Source of the DNA: a virus
Strand: one strand, 5' to 3'
IMG/VR virus record: IMGVR_UViG_3300020477_001849
Span: 1 to 64,000 of that record
Length of the DNA: 64,000 nucleotides
Shown: in pieces, positions 1 through 9,600 of the stretch
How the letters are laid out: each line of letters starts with the position of its first letter
How positions within the stretch are numbered: the first letter of the stretch is position 1
Position numbers and translations under genes: made by a program
The notes under the pieces: generated by a model
The model's database searches: none
The model's input: only the letters and a program-made list of their open reading frames with translations
What the model was told of the DNA's origin: nothing

Positions 1-298
1 ACCCGCCATTATTATATTGTATATATGTATCGGATCCAGCTGGTGATCCTGAGCCACCGCTTGAAGCTATCGTAACCTGGCCATTCGACGCAGACGTTAT
101 TGTAACATTTGATCCTGCGACAAGATATGAAGCGCCGGCCTGCGTGTGGTGGATAGATCCAGACAAGGTACCAGTCAAAATTAGGGTACCAAAAAAATTA
201 TGAAGATCATCCGCTGAGTTCCCAAACCACGTTGAGCCGGTCGATGCCAGAACAGTTGCTCTCCTACCATTTGTTTGATCACCCACTATAATAGGCAT
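1..298 (-). CDS. Tail fibre/virion protein, N-terminal part (runs off window start; absent from the ORF track)
   Basis: ATG at 298 preceded by GGAGG; reads MPIIVGDQTNGRRATVLASTGSTWFGNSADDLHNFFGTLILTGTLSGSIHHTQAGASYLVAGSNVTITSASNGQVTIASSGGSGSPAGSDTYIQYNNGG with no stop; PAGSDTYIQYNNGG matches PAGGSNTQVQYNNGG in the neighbouring 780-aa gene. Confidence 0.8.
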   Translation of the reverse strand, partial: MPIIVGDQTNGRRATVLASTGSTWFGNSADDLHNFFGTLILTGTLSGSIHHTQAGASYLVAGSNVTITSASNGQVTIASSGGSGSPAGSDTYIQYNNGG

Positions 299-335
299 TG
301 CATTCCTCCCATTGATACCAGCATAAATAGTATAC

Positions 336-371
336 AAAAAAGAAAAGGAGGGCCAAAAGACCCTCCTTTTC
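336..371 (-). terminator. Rho-independent terminator after the 780-aa gene
   Basis: Minus strand GAAAAGGAGGGTC-TTTT-GGCCCTCCTTTTC followed by TTTTTT, about 30 nt past the stop at 401. Confidence 0.85.
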
Positions 372-400
372 CATCCCTTAAAGAAGGAATTAATTAGAGA

Positions 401-2743
401 TTATATCTCCCATTCAACGTCATCGTCGCCTGCACGAGGGGGGACACCCTTCATACCAGCGTCTCGACCTGTTGGGTCAATCTCTTCCATAACCATCCGG
501 AACCACTTACCAGTGTAGTTGTTCCTAAAAGTGATCATGGAATTTTCCTCGACGAGGGTCCAGTTTCCTCTGTCATTGCAGAGGTGGAGGTCGCCCGTAT
601 AGATGTTGCCAAAGCGGACGGAGTCACTACCCAGGTTAACACCTTCATCGGCCGATGGGATGATTGAACCAGCCGTCACAGTGATGTTATTGCTTCCAGC
701 ATCCAACGTCAAACCAGCCTCAGAACGAACCACAACACCAGAACTAGTATTACCATCTTCGCCGATGGTAATCGTCCTGTTACCGTTAGTACCGATATTG
801 ATTGCCTGAGCAACGTCATCATTACCGATGCTAATTGCACCAGCTGAAGAGTTAAGCTCCAGAACTCCATCGGCATCAAGAAGTAGCGTATCATCAGAAT
901 CAAGCGTAATATCGCCTGTACCTGTTGAAGCTAGAGCGATACCACCGGTACCGGCATTAAATGCTAATGCAGTTGCACCGGTCACGTTACCCATGGTGAT
1001 TGTACGAGCAGCAGCACCTGTACCAACGCTGATTGCTTGAGCAACAGCGTCAGCACCGATGCTAATTGTACCACCAGAAGACTCAATCGCGATCGCTCCA
1101 GAAGAATCTACCTGGATACCACCTGCGGTAGCATTAATATCAATCGCATCAGCACCAGTACCTGCAGAGTCAAGCTTCAACACTTGAGCACCACCTCCAG
1201 AAACGCCAATTGTCAGATCCTTTGCCGAAGCAGAAACAGTAATGTCAGAATCATCATTGGCATCAATTGAAAGAGCACCAGCAACGTCAACGTCCATGCC
1301 ACCAGCAGTAGCATTGATATCGATAGCATCAGTACCTGTACCTGCAGAGTTCAACTGAAGAACTTGGGCGCCACCACCAGAAACGGTAAGGGCAAGGTCT
1401 TTAGCTGCGGTACTGACTGTAACATCAGAATCATCAGCACCATTAATCGAGAATGCAGCAACAGCATCAATAGTGATACCGGCTGCAGAATCGATATCGA
1501 TACCACCAACTGCATTCATATCAATTGAATCTGTGCCCGTACCTTGAGATTCTAGAATCAAACTAGAAGCTGTTGCACCCGTTACTGAAATGGTGAGGTT
1601 CTCATCTGCCCCGTCAGAAGCAACCGTGATATTAGAAGCAGCTGCACCGTCTACAGAGAACGCCCCAGTTGTATCTACAGCAATACCGCCAGTTCCAGCA
1701 TCAACATCAATACCACCAGCAGCATTATCAGCTTGAATTCTAACGGCAGCAGCATCAGCTTCACCACCAGTTAAGTTCAATGAACCAGCAGTAGCATCTA
1801 CTGTAAGATCACCAGTACTAGCTGACCATGTTGAAGCAGCTCCAGCAGTAAGCGTAATAGCTCCTGAAGGTGTGACAGACAATGAAGTCATACCAGTCTC
1901 AGTAACTGCACCAGCACCATCAAACTCCCATGTACCAGTATCATCACCCAAAGATGCGCCACCATTACCTACAACAGTCATAGTACCTTCGGCGGTCAGG
2001 TTTGTAGCTAGTGCTGAATCAATATCGATACCACCCGCAGCGGCGTTGATTTTAATGGCCGAGGCATTGTTACCCTGGGTATTTGTGACAGTAATTCTCT
2101 CACTGGTGCCTGCATTTGTCATCATAGAAATTGCGCTGGCGTCGTTGAAACTAGACTCTAGTGTGATGGCGGCGGTGGCATCTGTTACAAGCTTGGTAAC
2201 ATTTGTACCATCAGTCGTCATGTTGGATACACCGCCCAATGAACCACCGTTGTTATACTGTACTTGAGTATTAGAACCTCCAGCAGGTGTATTACCATCA
2301 GATCCTGATAGTAGTGCATACTGCTTGCCATTTTTCATCATGACATGAAGTGAACCTGTTGCAGCATAAAAGAGAACGTCATCGAGATGCATTCCTGCGG
2401 TACTTAGACCTGCACCGAGGGATGCAGCTCCTCCGACCATCAGCTGAGTAGCTGCATAGCTGGTACCAGCACCTACATGTCTCTCACCGAGGAAAAATGC
2501 ACCAGAAACATTTAAGTCGCCGCCAAAGACAGCAAACTGCCTTTTGTTTAGCATACCATGTGTTGCACTTCCCTGCGCGCCCGAAACAAAGAATGTAGCG
2601 CCTTGCGGTGCTGAAGGGAGGTGGAGGTCACTACCTGCTGCTCCACCTGCGTAACCAGGATCACCAAATTTGACTGATCCTGTGACACCAATGAAATTAT
2701 CATCTACATTGGATCCTGTAATATTATTAACGAATAAAGCCAT
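401..2743 (-). CDS. Tail fibre-like virion protein with internal ~60-aa repeats
   Basis: G/A/S/T/D-rich beta repeats; C-terminal IYTGDLHLxNDRGNWT domain shared with the 1147-aa gene; GGAGA RBS. Confidence 0.7.
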   Translation of the reverse strand: MALFVNNITGSNVDDNFIGVTGSVKFGDPGYAGGAAGSDLHLPSAPQGATFFVSGAQGSATHGMLNKRQFAVFGGDLNVSGAFFLGERHVGAGTSYAATQLMVGGAASLGAGLSTAGMHLDDVLFYAATGSLHVMMKNGKQYALLSGSDGNTPAGGSNTQVQYNNGGSLGGVSNMTTDGTNVTKLVTDATAAITLESSFNDASAISMMTNAGTSERITVTNTQGNNASAIKINAAAGGIDIDSALATNLTAEGTMTVVGNGGASLGDDTGTWEFDGAGAVTETGMTSLSVTPSGAITLTAGAASTWSASTGDLTVDATAGSLNLTGGEADAAAVRIQADNAAGGIDVDAGTGGIAVDTTGAFSVDGAAASNITVASDGADENLTISVTGATASSLILESQGTGTDSIDMNAVGGIDIDSAAGITIDAVAAFSINGADDSDVTVSTAAKDLALTVSGGGAQVLQLNSAGTGTDAIDINATAGGMDVDVAGALSIDANDDSDITVSASAKDLTIGVSGGGAQVLKLDSAGTGADAIDINATAGGIQVDSSGAIAIESSGGTISIGADAVAQAISVGTGAAARTITMGNVTGATALAFNAGTGGIALASTGTGDITLDSDDTLLLDADGVLELNSSAGAISIGNDDVAQAINIGTNGNRTITIGEDGNTSSGVVVRSEAGLTLDAGSNNITVTAGSIIPSADEGVNLGSDSVRFGNIYTGDLHLCNDRGNWTLVEENSMITFRNNYTGKWFRMVMEEIDPTGRDAGMKGVPPRAGDDDVEWEI

Positions 2744-2928
2744 TATTTTCTCCCATTGTTTTTAGTATTTTGCTTTAAAGTTATGAAAAACTAAACTACA
2801 AAACCGAACAAATTCTACGTACAATTACATAACACACAACGGTGAACATAGTGACGTACAGGTAAATAATGAACGATACGATATGCTAACAAACAGACGA
2901 TATTAAATATATCGCCGGGGCTCAAACA

Positions 2929-3165
2929 TTATGAATTAGTTATCATTCCTCGCAGCATTCGAATAAAGCTGTCGTATAAAAAGCACTCAGACGATAGAAA
3001 TTCCAATGACAGAGATTTCGCATCTGCATCTTCGTCATCAAAAAGGAAAATATATTTACCAGAATGCTTATCGGTAGACGCATCTATTATTTTCTTTCCC
3101 TTCATCAACAAAAATGCAGCAATTGCCATATCATGTGTTTTGTAAGTGTTAACACTATTTTTCAT
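2929..3165 (-). CDS. Small DUF5659-like protein
   Basis: YKTHDMAIAAFLLMKG...GKYIFLF pattern resembles DUF5659 phage proteins (recognised by eye). Confidence 0.55.
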   Translation of the reverse strand: MKNSVNTYKTHDMAIAAFLLMKGKKIIDASTDKHSGKYIFLFDDEDADAKSLSLEFLSSECFLYDSFIRMLRGMITNS

Positions 3166-3238
3166 CGCTTAGCACCTTAAAAGTGACTTATTAATCCTTA
3201 AATCACTTGCTTGAATATTTAAAAAACCACCATGGAGC

Positions 3239-6200
3239 CTAATCATCATCTTCAAGGGGTTGTAGAACCATCTTGTATTTTTTTCCAGTTGTGTTATTTA
3301 CTACACATAAATATTCAAGTTCTTCGACTATAGTCCAATTACCGCGATCATTTTTAAGATGAAGGTCACCAGTATAGATATTTGCCCAGCGATTTGTATC
3401 GGACCCAAGATCATATGTCGTGTCAGCAGAGGGATATATACTACCTGCAACATTTAAATTACCTTTAAACTTTGAGCCACCAGCGGAGCCAGTAAAATAT
3501 AGCGTGCCTGGTGAATTTATCTCCACACTCCTGCTTGATACTCCTCCTGAGCCGGTTAAAACTAATTGTCCTGCGGCACCGTCTCCTAGATCCAATAGGT
3601 CTATTATCCCCACGTCTGAACCAAGCTTTAGTGCAGACCCTGCGAATATTTTTACAGGCCCATGGGGATTTCGCACAATTGCAACATCACCAGAAGCCGG
3701 CTTAAGCTCCATTGTTCCAGTAACCTCAATACCTCCGTCAACCTTAAGTGGTGACCCTCCGTAGAGTGTCCCTGATACAACAACATCACCAGCAAAAACA
3801 GATGTACCGACTGTGCTTGAGATACCACGAGATCCAGCTGTTCCTGAAACAAAGAAATTAACATCTGTTCCCATTCCGAGATGTTGTCCGTATACGTCTG
3901 ACTGGAATGGGTAAACTGCAACCTGGTTTGCCTTTATCGGTAATGCATTAACGGTACCGTACCACCGGCCACCATATAAAGATCCGGATATTAGTGTATC
4001 GCCACCGAAGACAGACGTTCCAGGACTTGATGTACCCCTTGAGCCAATAGCACCTGATATGAAGAAAGATATGTCAGACATCTCTCTTGGTTGCATAGCT
4101 CCCACATGCATTCCGGAACCTGATAATAATACTATACGCCTGTTATCCTGGGTGTAGTATCCCCCCAGACGTACAATCTCTTCTAGGGATGAACCACCAT
4201 TGCCAAAAGTCCTAAAGACTAAATCATTTGTTGATTCTTCATGTACGATAGAGCTACCGACCACGTTCGCGGCTCCGGCAAACTCTAGGGTCGAACTGTT
4301 TGTTTGTGCACTTCTCTGTAGCCTAATTGCAGGGCTTGAATCTTTTAAATGCACTAGCGAACTCGGGTTATTTAGGCCGATGCCAATCCTGTCAGAGCTA
4401 CCCTGAACATAAAGGGTATTATTACCGCCGCTTGTCTTAACTTGAAAATCGACATCTCCGCCGTCGCCGACCGTGACAATATCTTGGGTAGATTCTTGCA
4501 TAGTCAGTAAAGTCTCACCACCAGCCGCAAATGTTATCTTATCACCCTCAAAGCGCATATAAGTATTTGCATCATTTTTGTGGTAAAGATATTCCCCCAA
4601 ATCCATATTGCCGCCGACAGACAACTTATATGAAGGTGTGCTGGTGCCAATTCCGACCTTGCCGTCAGTAGTAACAACAAACTGACTACCGACAGAAGAA
4701 TCAGATAAATTAACAGCCAGGGTTCCAGATATTGCAACATCACCACCGAAGACAGATGTACCACGAACCGTAGTATCTCTAGAGTCAACCGCGCCTGATA
4801 CAAAGAAATTGGTGTCTGTAGCATCCCACTCATTCCCAGAAGATGGTGAAGAGCCTGCGCCTGACAATATGAAAAATTTGGGGGTATTTCTATCAATCCT
4901 TAGCTTGGGATAAACAGTAGTAGTTGCTGCAGCGTCTAGATTAAGCTCGTTAGCACTACCATCATATAAAAACCTAAAGCCATAAGCACCGGTACCACCG
5001 AATTCTTGACCCTGGCCAGGACTTAACTCTAGTAAGCTAAAAGAAGAATTTTTATTTAGGCCAGCCCTAATAGATGCTGTAACGTCATGGGCTGGTGAAG
5101 GTCCTCCAGGTCCTAGCCTTATATTATGGCCGTATGCTGTCAGGCTTTGAGAAACAATAAGCGATCCGGATACCATTAGTGAGCCAGTCACTGTCTCATT
5201 TACTTCTACTACATATTTTTCAGCATAAAGTGTACCGCTTACAACAACATCACCACCAAAGAGTGATGTCCCCTTGGTTGAACTTCCACGAGAACCGACG
5301 GATCCTGATACGAAAAAATTAATATCAGAAAATGAAGATTCATCCAGGCTTGACTTTGCCCCAGAACCTGATAGAATAAACACCTGGGATGTACTACCAT
5401 CTCCCTTAATGTCCAATGTACCGGATGGTGTTGATGTCCCTATTCCTACTCTATCTGTCGGCGTGGTTAACCTGACAACTGTACCGCTATCAGTCCATCC
5501 TCCCCCGAATGGCATGCCGAAAGAATTATATGCTGTGCCACTAACAAATATGTCTCCCCCGAAAACAGAAATACCCTTTGACGCGTCACCCGAAGTTACC
5601 CCTCGGCCTCCAATGGCACCTGACACGAAAAAGAATATGTCACCGCCGTCAGAGGTATCTTCATTTCCTTTTGAATATTGGGAGCCTAGCTTGAGTTGAT
5701 CTGCTGAGGAATCTACAAATACGCCGTACCCTTTATTTTGGGTCTTAGCTATGAAATCAACGTCTTGGTCACTGGAGGGATTTACAACTATGTCTGCTTC
5801 TGAGCCATCAAGCTGTATTAAATTTGTTGTAGAGCCCCCATGGTTTGCCCTAACATATATGTCTTTGTCTTGTGTCGTATTCTCAATGTAAACATCATCG
5901 GATGATAGTGATATCTTTAGGTCATCCCCAGCACCAGCCGTTATTCCTGCATCATTTCGAAATCGAACAATCGACTCGCTTCCATCGAGTTGTACAAGTT
6001 CAGTTGACCCTCCTCCATCGGAGTCATTAATAAAAAACTTTAAATCTTTGTCTGCGGTCCCATTTGCTATATTGACATTGCCTGATGATACTGAGACTCC
6101 AAAATCCGAGCTAGCTCCAACAGATAGGCCGGTATCAGAATTAATCTGCATTGCCTGGCCGTCGGTAGTGATTGTTGCATTTGCTTGCTGGATTGCTCTG

Positions 6201-6682
6201 CCACTAGTACCATTCGTTGTAACGACAACGTTGTCAGCGTCAATCTGGCTAGCCATTGTAACATTGCCAGTTCCCGCTCCACCAGATAATTCAATAGAGA
6301 CTGACTTATTCGAAGAATTTCCAGTTAATGTGACGGAATCGCTGGCCGTTAATGTCAGAAGTGTGTTATTTCCGGAAAATGTTATGCTGGTATCTCCAGC
6401 AACCGTGCCACCATCGGCGGCAAGGCCGATTGCCATGACCCCGCCAAAAAGTGGAACTCCCCCGAATTTAAGTGTACCTCCCTCATTGTACAGCCTATCA
6501 GATGTATTGGCAGGCTTGGTGTGGGGAGGCATAATCAAACCACGAGGACCCATGGCTGAGGAGCTTAAACCGATCTGTAGCTCTGGTACAGATATAATCC
6601 GGCGCACATTGCCAGATTGATCATCCTTAAGAGTTAGGAATGTATTTTTAAGAAGCTGGTCTTTATCTGCTTTTTTTGGCAT
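3239..6682 (-). CDS. Long tail fibre-like virion protein
   Basis: Repeated (R/K)(V/I)GIG motifs typical of phage fibres, five copies of an FFVSG...FGGD..VSGTL module, C-terminal IYTGDLHLKNDRGNWT domain. Confidence 0.75.
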   Translation of the reverse strand: MPKKADKDQLLKNTFLTLKDDQSGNVRRIISVPELQIGLSSSAMGPRGLIMPPHTKPANTSDRLYNEGGTLKFGGVPLFGGVMAIGLAADGGTVAGDTSITFSGNNTLLTLTASDSVTLTGNSSNKSVSIELSGGAGTGNVTMASQIDADNVVVTTNGTSGRAIQQANATITTDGQAMQINSDTGLSVGASSDFGVSVSSGNVNIANGTADKDLKFFINDSDGGGSTELVQLDGSESIVRFRNDAGITAGAGDDLKISLSSDDVYIENTTQDKDIYVRANHGGSTTNLIQLDGSEADIVVNPSSDQDVDFIAKTQNKGYGVFVDSSADQLKLGSQYSKGNEDTSDGGDIFFFVSGAIGGRGVTSGDASKGISVFGGDIFVSGTAYNSFGMPFGGGWTDSGTVVRLTTPTDRVGIGTSTPSGTLDIKGDGSTSQVFILSGSGAKSSLDESSFSDINFFVSGSVGSRGSSTKGTSLFGGDVVVSGTLYAEKYVVEVNETVTGSLMVSGSLIVSQSLTAYGHNIRLGPGGPSPAHDVTASIRAGLNKNSSFSLLELSPGQGQEFGGTGAYGFRFLYDGSANELNLDAAATTTVYPKLRIDRNTPKFFILSGAGSSPSSGNEWDATDTNFFVSGAVDSRDTTVRGTSVFGGDVAISGTLAVNLSDSSVGSQFVVTTDGKVGIGTSTPSYKLSVGGNMDLGEYLYHKNDANTYMRFEGDKITFAAGGETLLTMQESTQDIVTVGDGGDVDFQVKTSGGNNTLYVQGSSDRIGIGLNNPSSLVHLKDSSPAIRLQRSAQTNSSTLEFAGAANVVGSSIVHEESTNDLVFRTFGNGGSSLEEIVRLGGYYTQDNRRIVLLSGSGMHVGAMQPREMSDISFFISGAIGSRGTSSPGTSVFGGDTLISGSLYGGRWYGTVNALPIKANQVAVYPFQSDVYGQHLGMGTDVNFFVSGTAGSRGISSTVGTSVFAGDVVVSGTLYGGSPLKVDGGIEVTGTMELKPASGDVAIVRNPHGPVKIFAGSALKLGSDVGIIDLLDLGDGAAGQLVLTGSGGVSSRSVEINSPGTLYFTGSAGGSKFKGNLNVAGSIYPSADTTYDLGSDTNRWANIYTGDLHLKNDRGNWTIVEELEYLCVVNNTTGKKYKMVLQPLEDDD

Positions 6683-6699
6683 AAAAACTCATCTCCTTT

Positions 6700-9600
6700 C
6701 TAAGTTAGTCCTGGAATTCCTGTCCCTGGCGGAGACATATTAACTGGATCAAGTATTTCAGTAACAGTTACCTGCTGGATCTTATCTGGGTCATCCCCTC
6801 TTTCAACTGCTCTACCATCAAAATAAGGCACAGATGATGTTGCAAAATAGCTAAGATTTTGTGACATTGTCTGGCTAGGTGATATTGGAGAATCACTAGC
6901 TCTATCTACAAATATAATCTTGATTGGAGAGTCACCCTTCGGGGATACAACGTCAGGTGCTGCATTCCAGAACCTAGTGTCATGACGCTGCTCTAACATA
7001 TCTCTCAACTGGCCATACCGGTCGTATCTAAAAACCGCCTCTGAATATAGGGGTGAAGTAGAAACGATACCGTACCTGAACCCCGTGGCCCCTGACATAA
7101 ACTTTCCGTCTGATAGCCTTATGGTTACTGGCGTCGTTGAGTTAGTAGCCTTGTCTAGAATTGTTCCGGGATAGCTTCTATTCAAACCGTACCTAAACAT
7201 TGCTTCTTTTACTCGGCTATAACCCTTAATAAATGAAATTTTAGAATTGTCGGATGAAGCGCTAAAAACCATAACACTTCGAGCATCCCTATAATCACGC
7301 TCCGGATCTCCGAGATAAGGCCAAGGCAGGGATGCGTTACCTTTCCACTGGAAATTCCCAAATGATGTGCCAGGAGTACCATTTAGCTCCAGCGCTCCAG
7401 ATAAATAATAGGCCCTTTTTGAGCCCAGCCTCTTAAATCCCCCAGTAGAAGACCCCCCCATGTTCCTAGAATGGAAAACTGACCCAGAGATTGTTCTCTT
7501 ACTAAAATATTGGTTAATGTCTGGAAGAAGAGAGTCGTAATACCTCTCCGTTGAATCTCTAAGCTTAACACCCCTAAGTAAAGAACCCGTAACACCCTGA
7601 GTGCCCATTGATGTTCTACCAGCTACACGGCGAGTTGCGATGTAACCGCGCCCAGTGCCATATGGTTTTTTCGGCCTTAAGGTCCCCACATATACCTCAT
7701 CCAGATAACCACCGGCATATGATATATCCTTCTCTACCAAGAATTGGTCAAGTATCGGACCAGAATCATAATGTACATCCTCATGAACAGCTAAAGATGT
7801 TAGGGGCTGGTTTGATCCAAAATGAAATTCGCTACCTCCCTTAACTAATGAGCCGTACAAGGTTAACTTTATTTCACCAGTTGCAATCTTTGACGAAAAA
7901 TCCCGGCCTGTGATATGATCAGGAAAACCAGCGATATCTGATTCGGTGACTTGCATATACGAGACAGAGCCGGCGGAGGAGACATTGGTCGGTGTCATTT
8001 GCCTAATTACCCCCAGCACTAGATTGTCATTAGGGAACAGTAAATAAGGAGACACATCAACTACTTTATTAAAGATGGGATATCCTAACCCTGGTGTGCC
8101 GGCAACTGCAAACTGCTGTGCAACAGGTTGACCGCCTGCGACTGTCCTGCTTAACTTTCTAGGTGAAACTGATGAGAACAGAGAAGTACCTCCATAATAA
8201 TTACCGGGTAAAAACCAGTCGCCCTTATTCGGCGCAGAGGCGTATGTATTTCCATCCAGAACCCAGTTCCACCAGGACCTACCCGACAATGGTCTATTTG
8301 TAGCCGGGGCCACAGACATCATCCTACATGGCGCCTCCATGCGAACTGATCCGGTGAAAGATGATTTATCCCCAGCGGTACCGCCGTCAGTCGGGGCGGG
8401 GACCCATGTGTCTGCCATCTGGAAGGGAATAGGTGAAGATGCAGAGAATTCGGACACCGTATCCCACCCGTTTGTATCAGTTGAAAAGACACCAACCCTA
8501 TTATACCAGATTATATCTTGGTCTTGTGTTTGTTCAAACCTGGCCCAACGGTTACCTGTCCAGCCGGCACTGTAATTATTGCGGTCCAAAAACCTAATCG
8601 GTGTCGAGGCTGTTGACGAAAAATTAAGCCACGGGTCGGGTTGTGACGATCTCATGAGAATGAATGTCGTAGTGGATGCGGAATCCCTAGGGCGGTCACT
8701 TTGAAGCTCATAACCTGGACCGCCAAAAGCACCAGAGGCCTCTAAAACAACCTTTTCTAATAAGAAAGGTTGGGAAATGTAATTTTTCATCGACAAGTAA
8801 TGAGAAGCTGTTGCATTAAATTTACTAGCTAGCGGGAACCCACATGGAGATGATGATGGGGCCCCCTGGCCATCCCATTGCCTATTTAGATTTCCCGGGC
8901 CGCCTGTCGACGGATCCCATGTGTAGCTATAATAAGTGGCATTTTGAGGACACACAAGATAGCTACTAGTCACCTGGTGTGTTCGTCCACTCATATAGTC
9001 TACATTGCTACCCGTGGTTAGATCACCAATAATCTCAAATTTTCTAGAGTCCCATGCATAATACAGGATACCTGAATTAATTCCTGCCGCGGCACCTGCA
9101 TTGCTACTAGGGTATGAACTACCATTGGTAACAATCGTAGTACCTGTTGAAAAACATACCTTTGACTCGACTAGGGGTGTTGATTTAATTTCTATTATAG
9201 TCTTATCACGAAGGGGCATAGAGAATCCAGGTAGGATAGACTCTTCCGTACCTGTAGACCAAAAGTTGGGAAATGAGGGTGAATTTGAGGATGACAAATA
9301 TACTTTGCTCTCATCAAACGGTGATAGGCCAAATGATGAACCAAATTGACGCCGCATATCTATGCCGTAAAACGTTGATTGACCGATATAACTAGTCTGG
9401 GGAACCGAGCCAGCAATCCTTATGCTTGAACTAACATTCGGTGTTGCGACAAACCTATCAGACTGGTGCATATTAAAATATGGGGCGGTCGAAAATGAGG
9501 TCATATCATTGTAGTAAAATCCAGAGAGAGGCATCATCTCTGGGTATTGTATCAACCTGTCAGGTGTGGTTCCTGAAGATGCTGAAGTGAACATGACGGT

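Noticed and set aside
2744-2928. ncRNA or promoter pair in the 185-nt gap (ACGTACA twice)
   Set aside because: No convincing stem-loop and no -10 element at the expected spacing
401-6682. Diversity-generating retroelement acting on the shared fibre C-termini
   Set aside because: No reverse transcriptase in the window, and the two copies differ at all base types rather than only adenines
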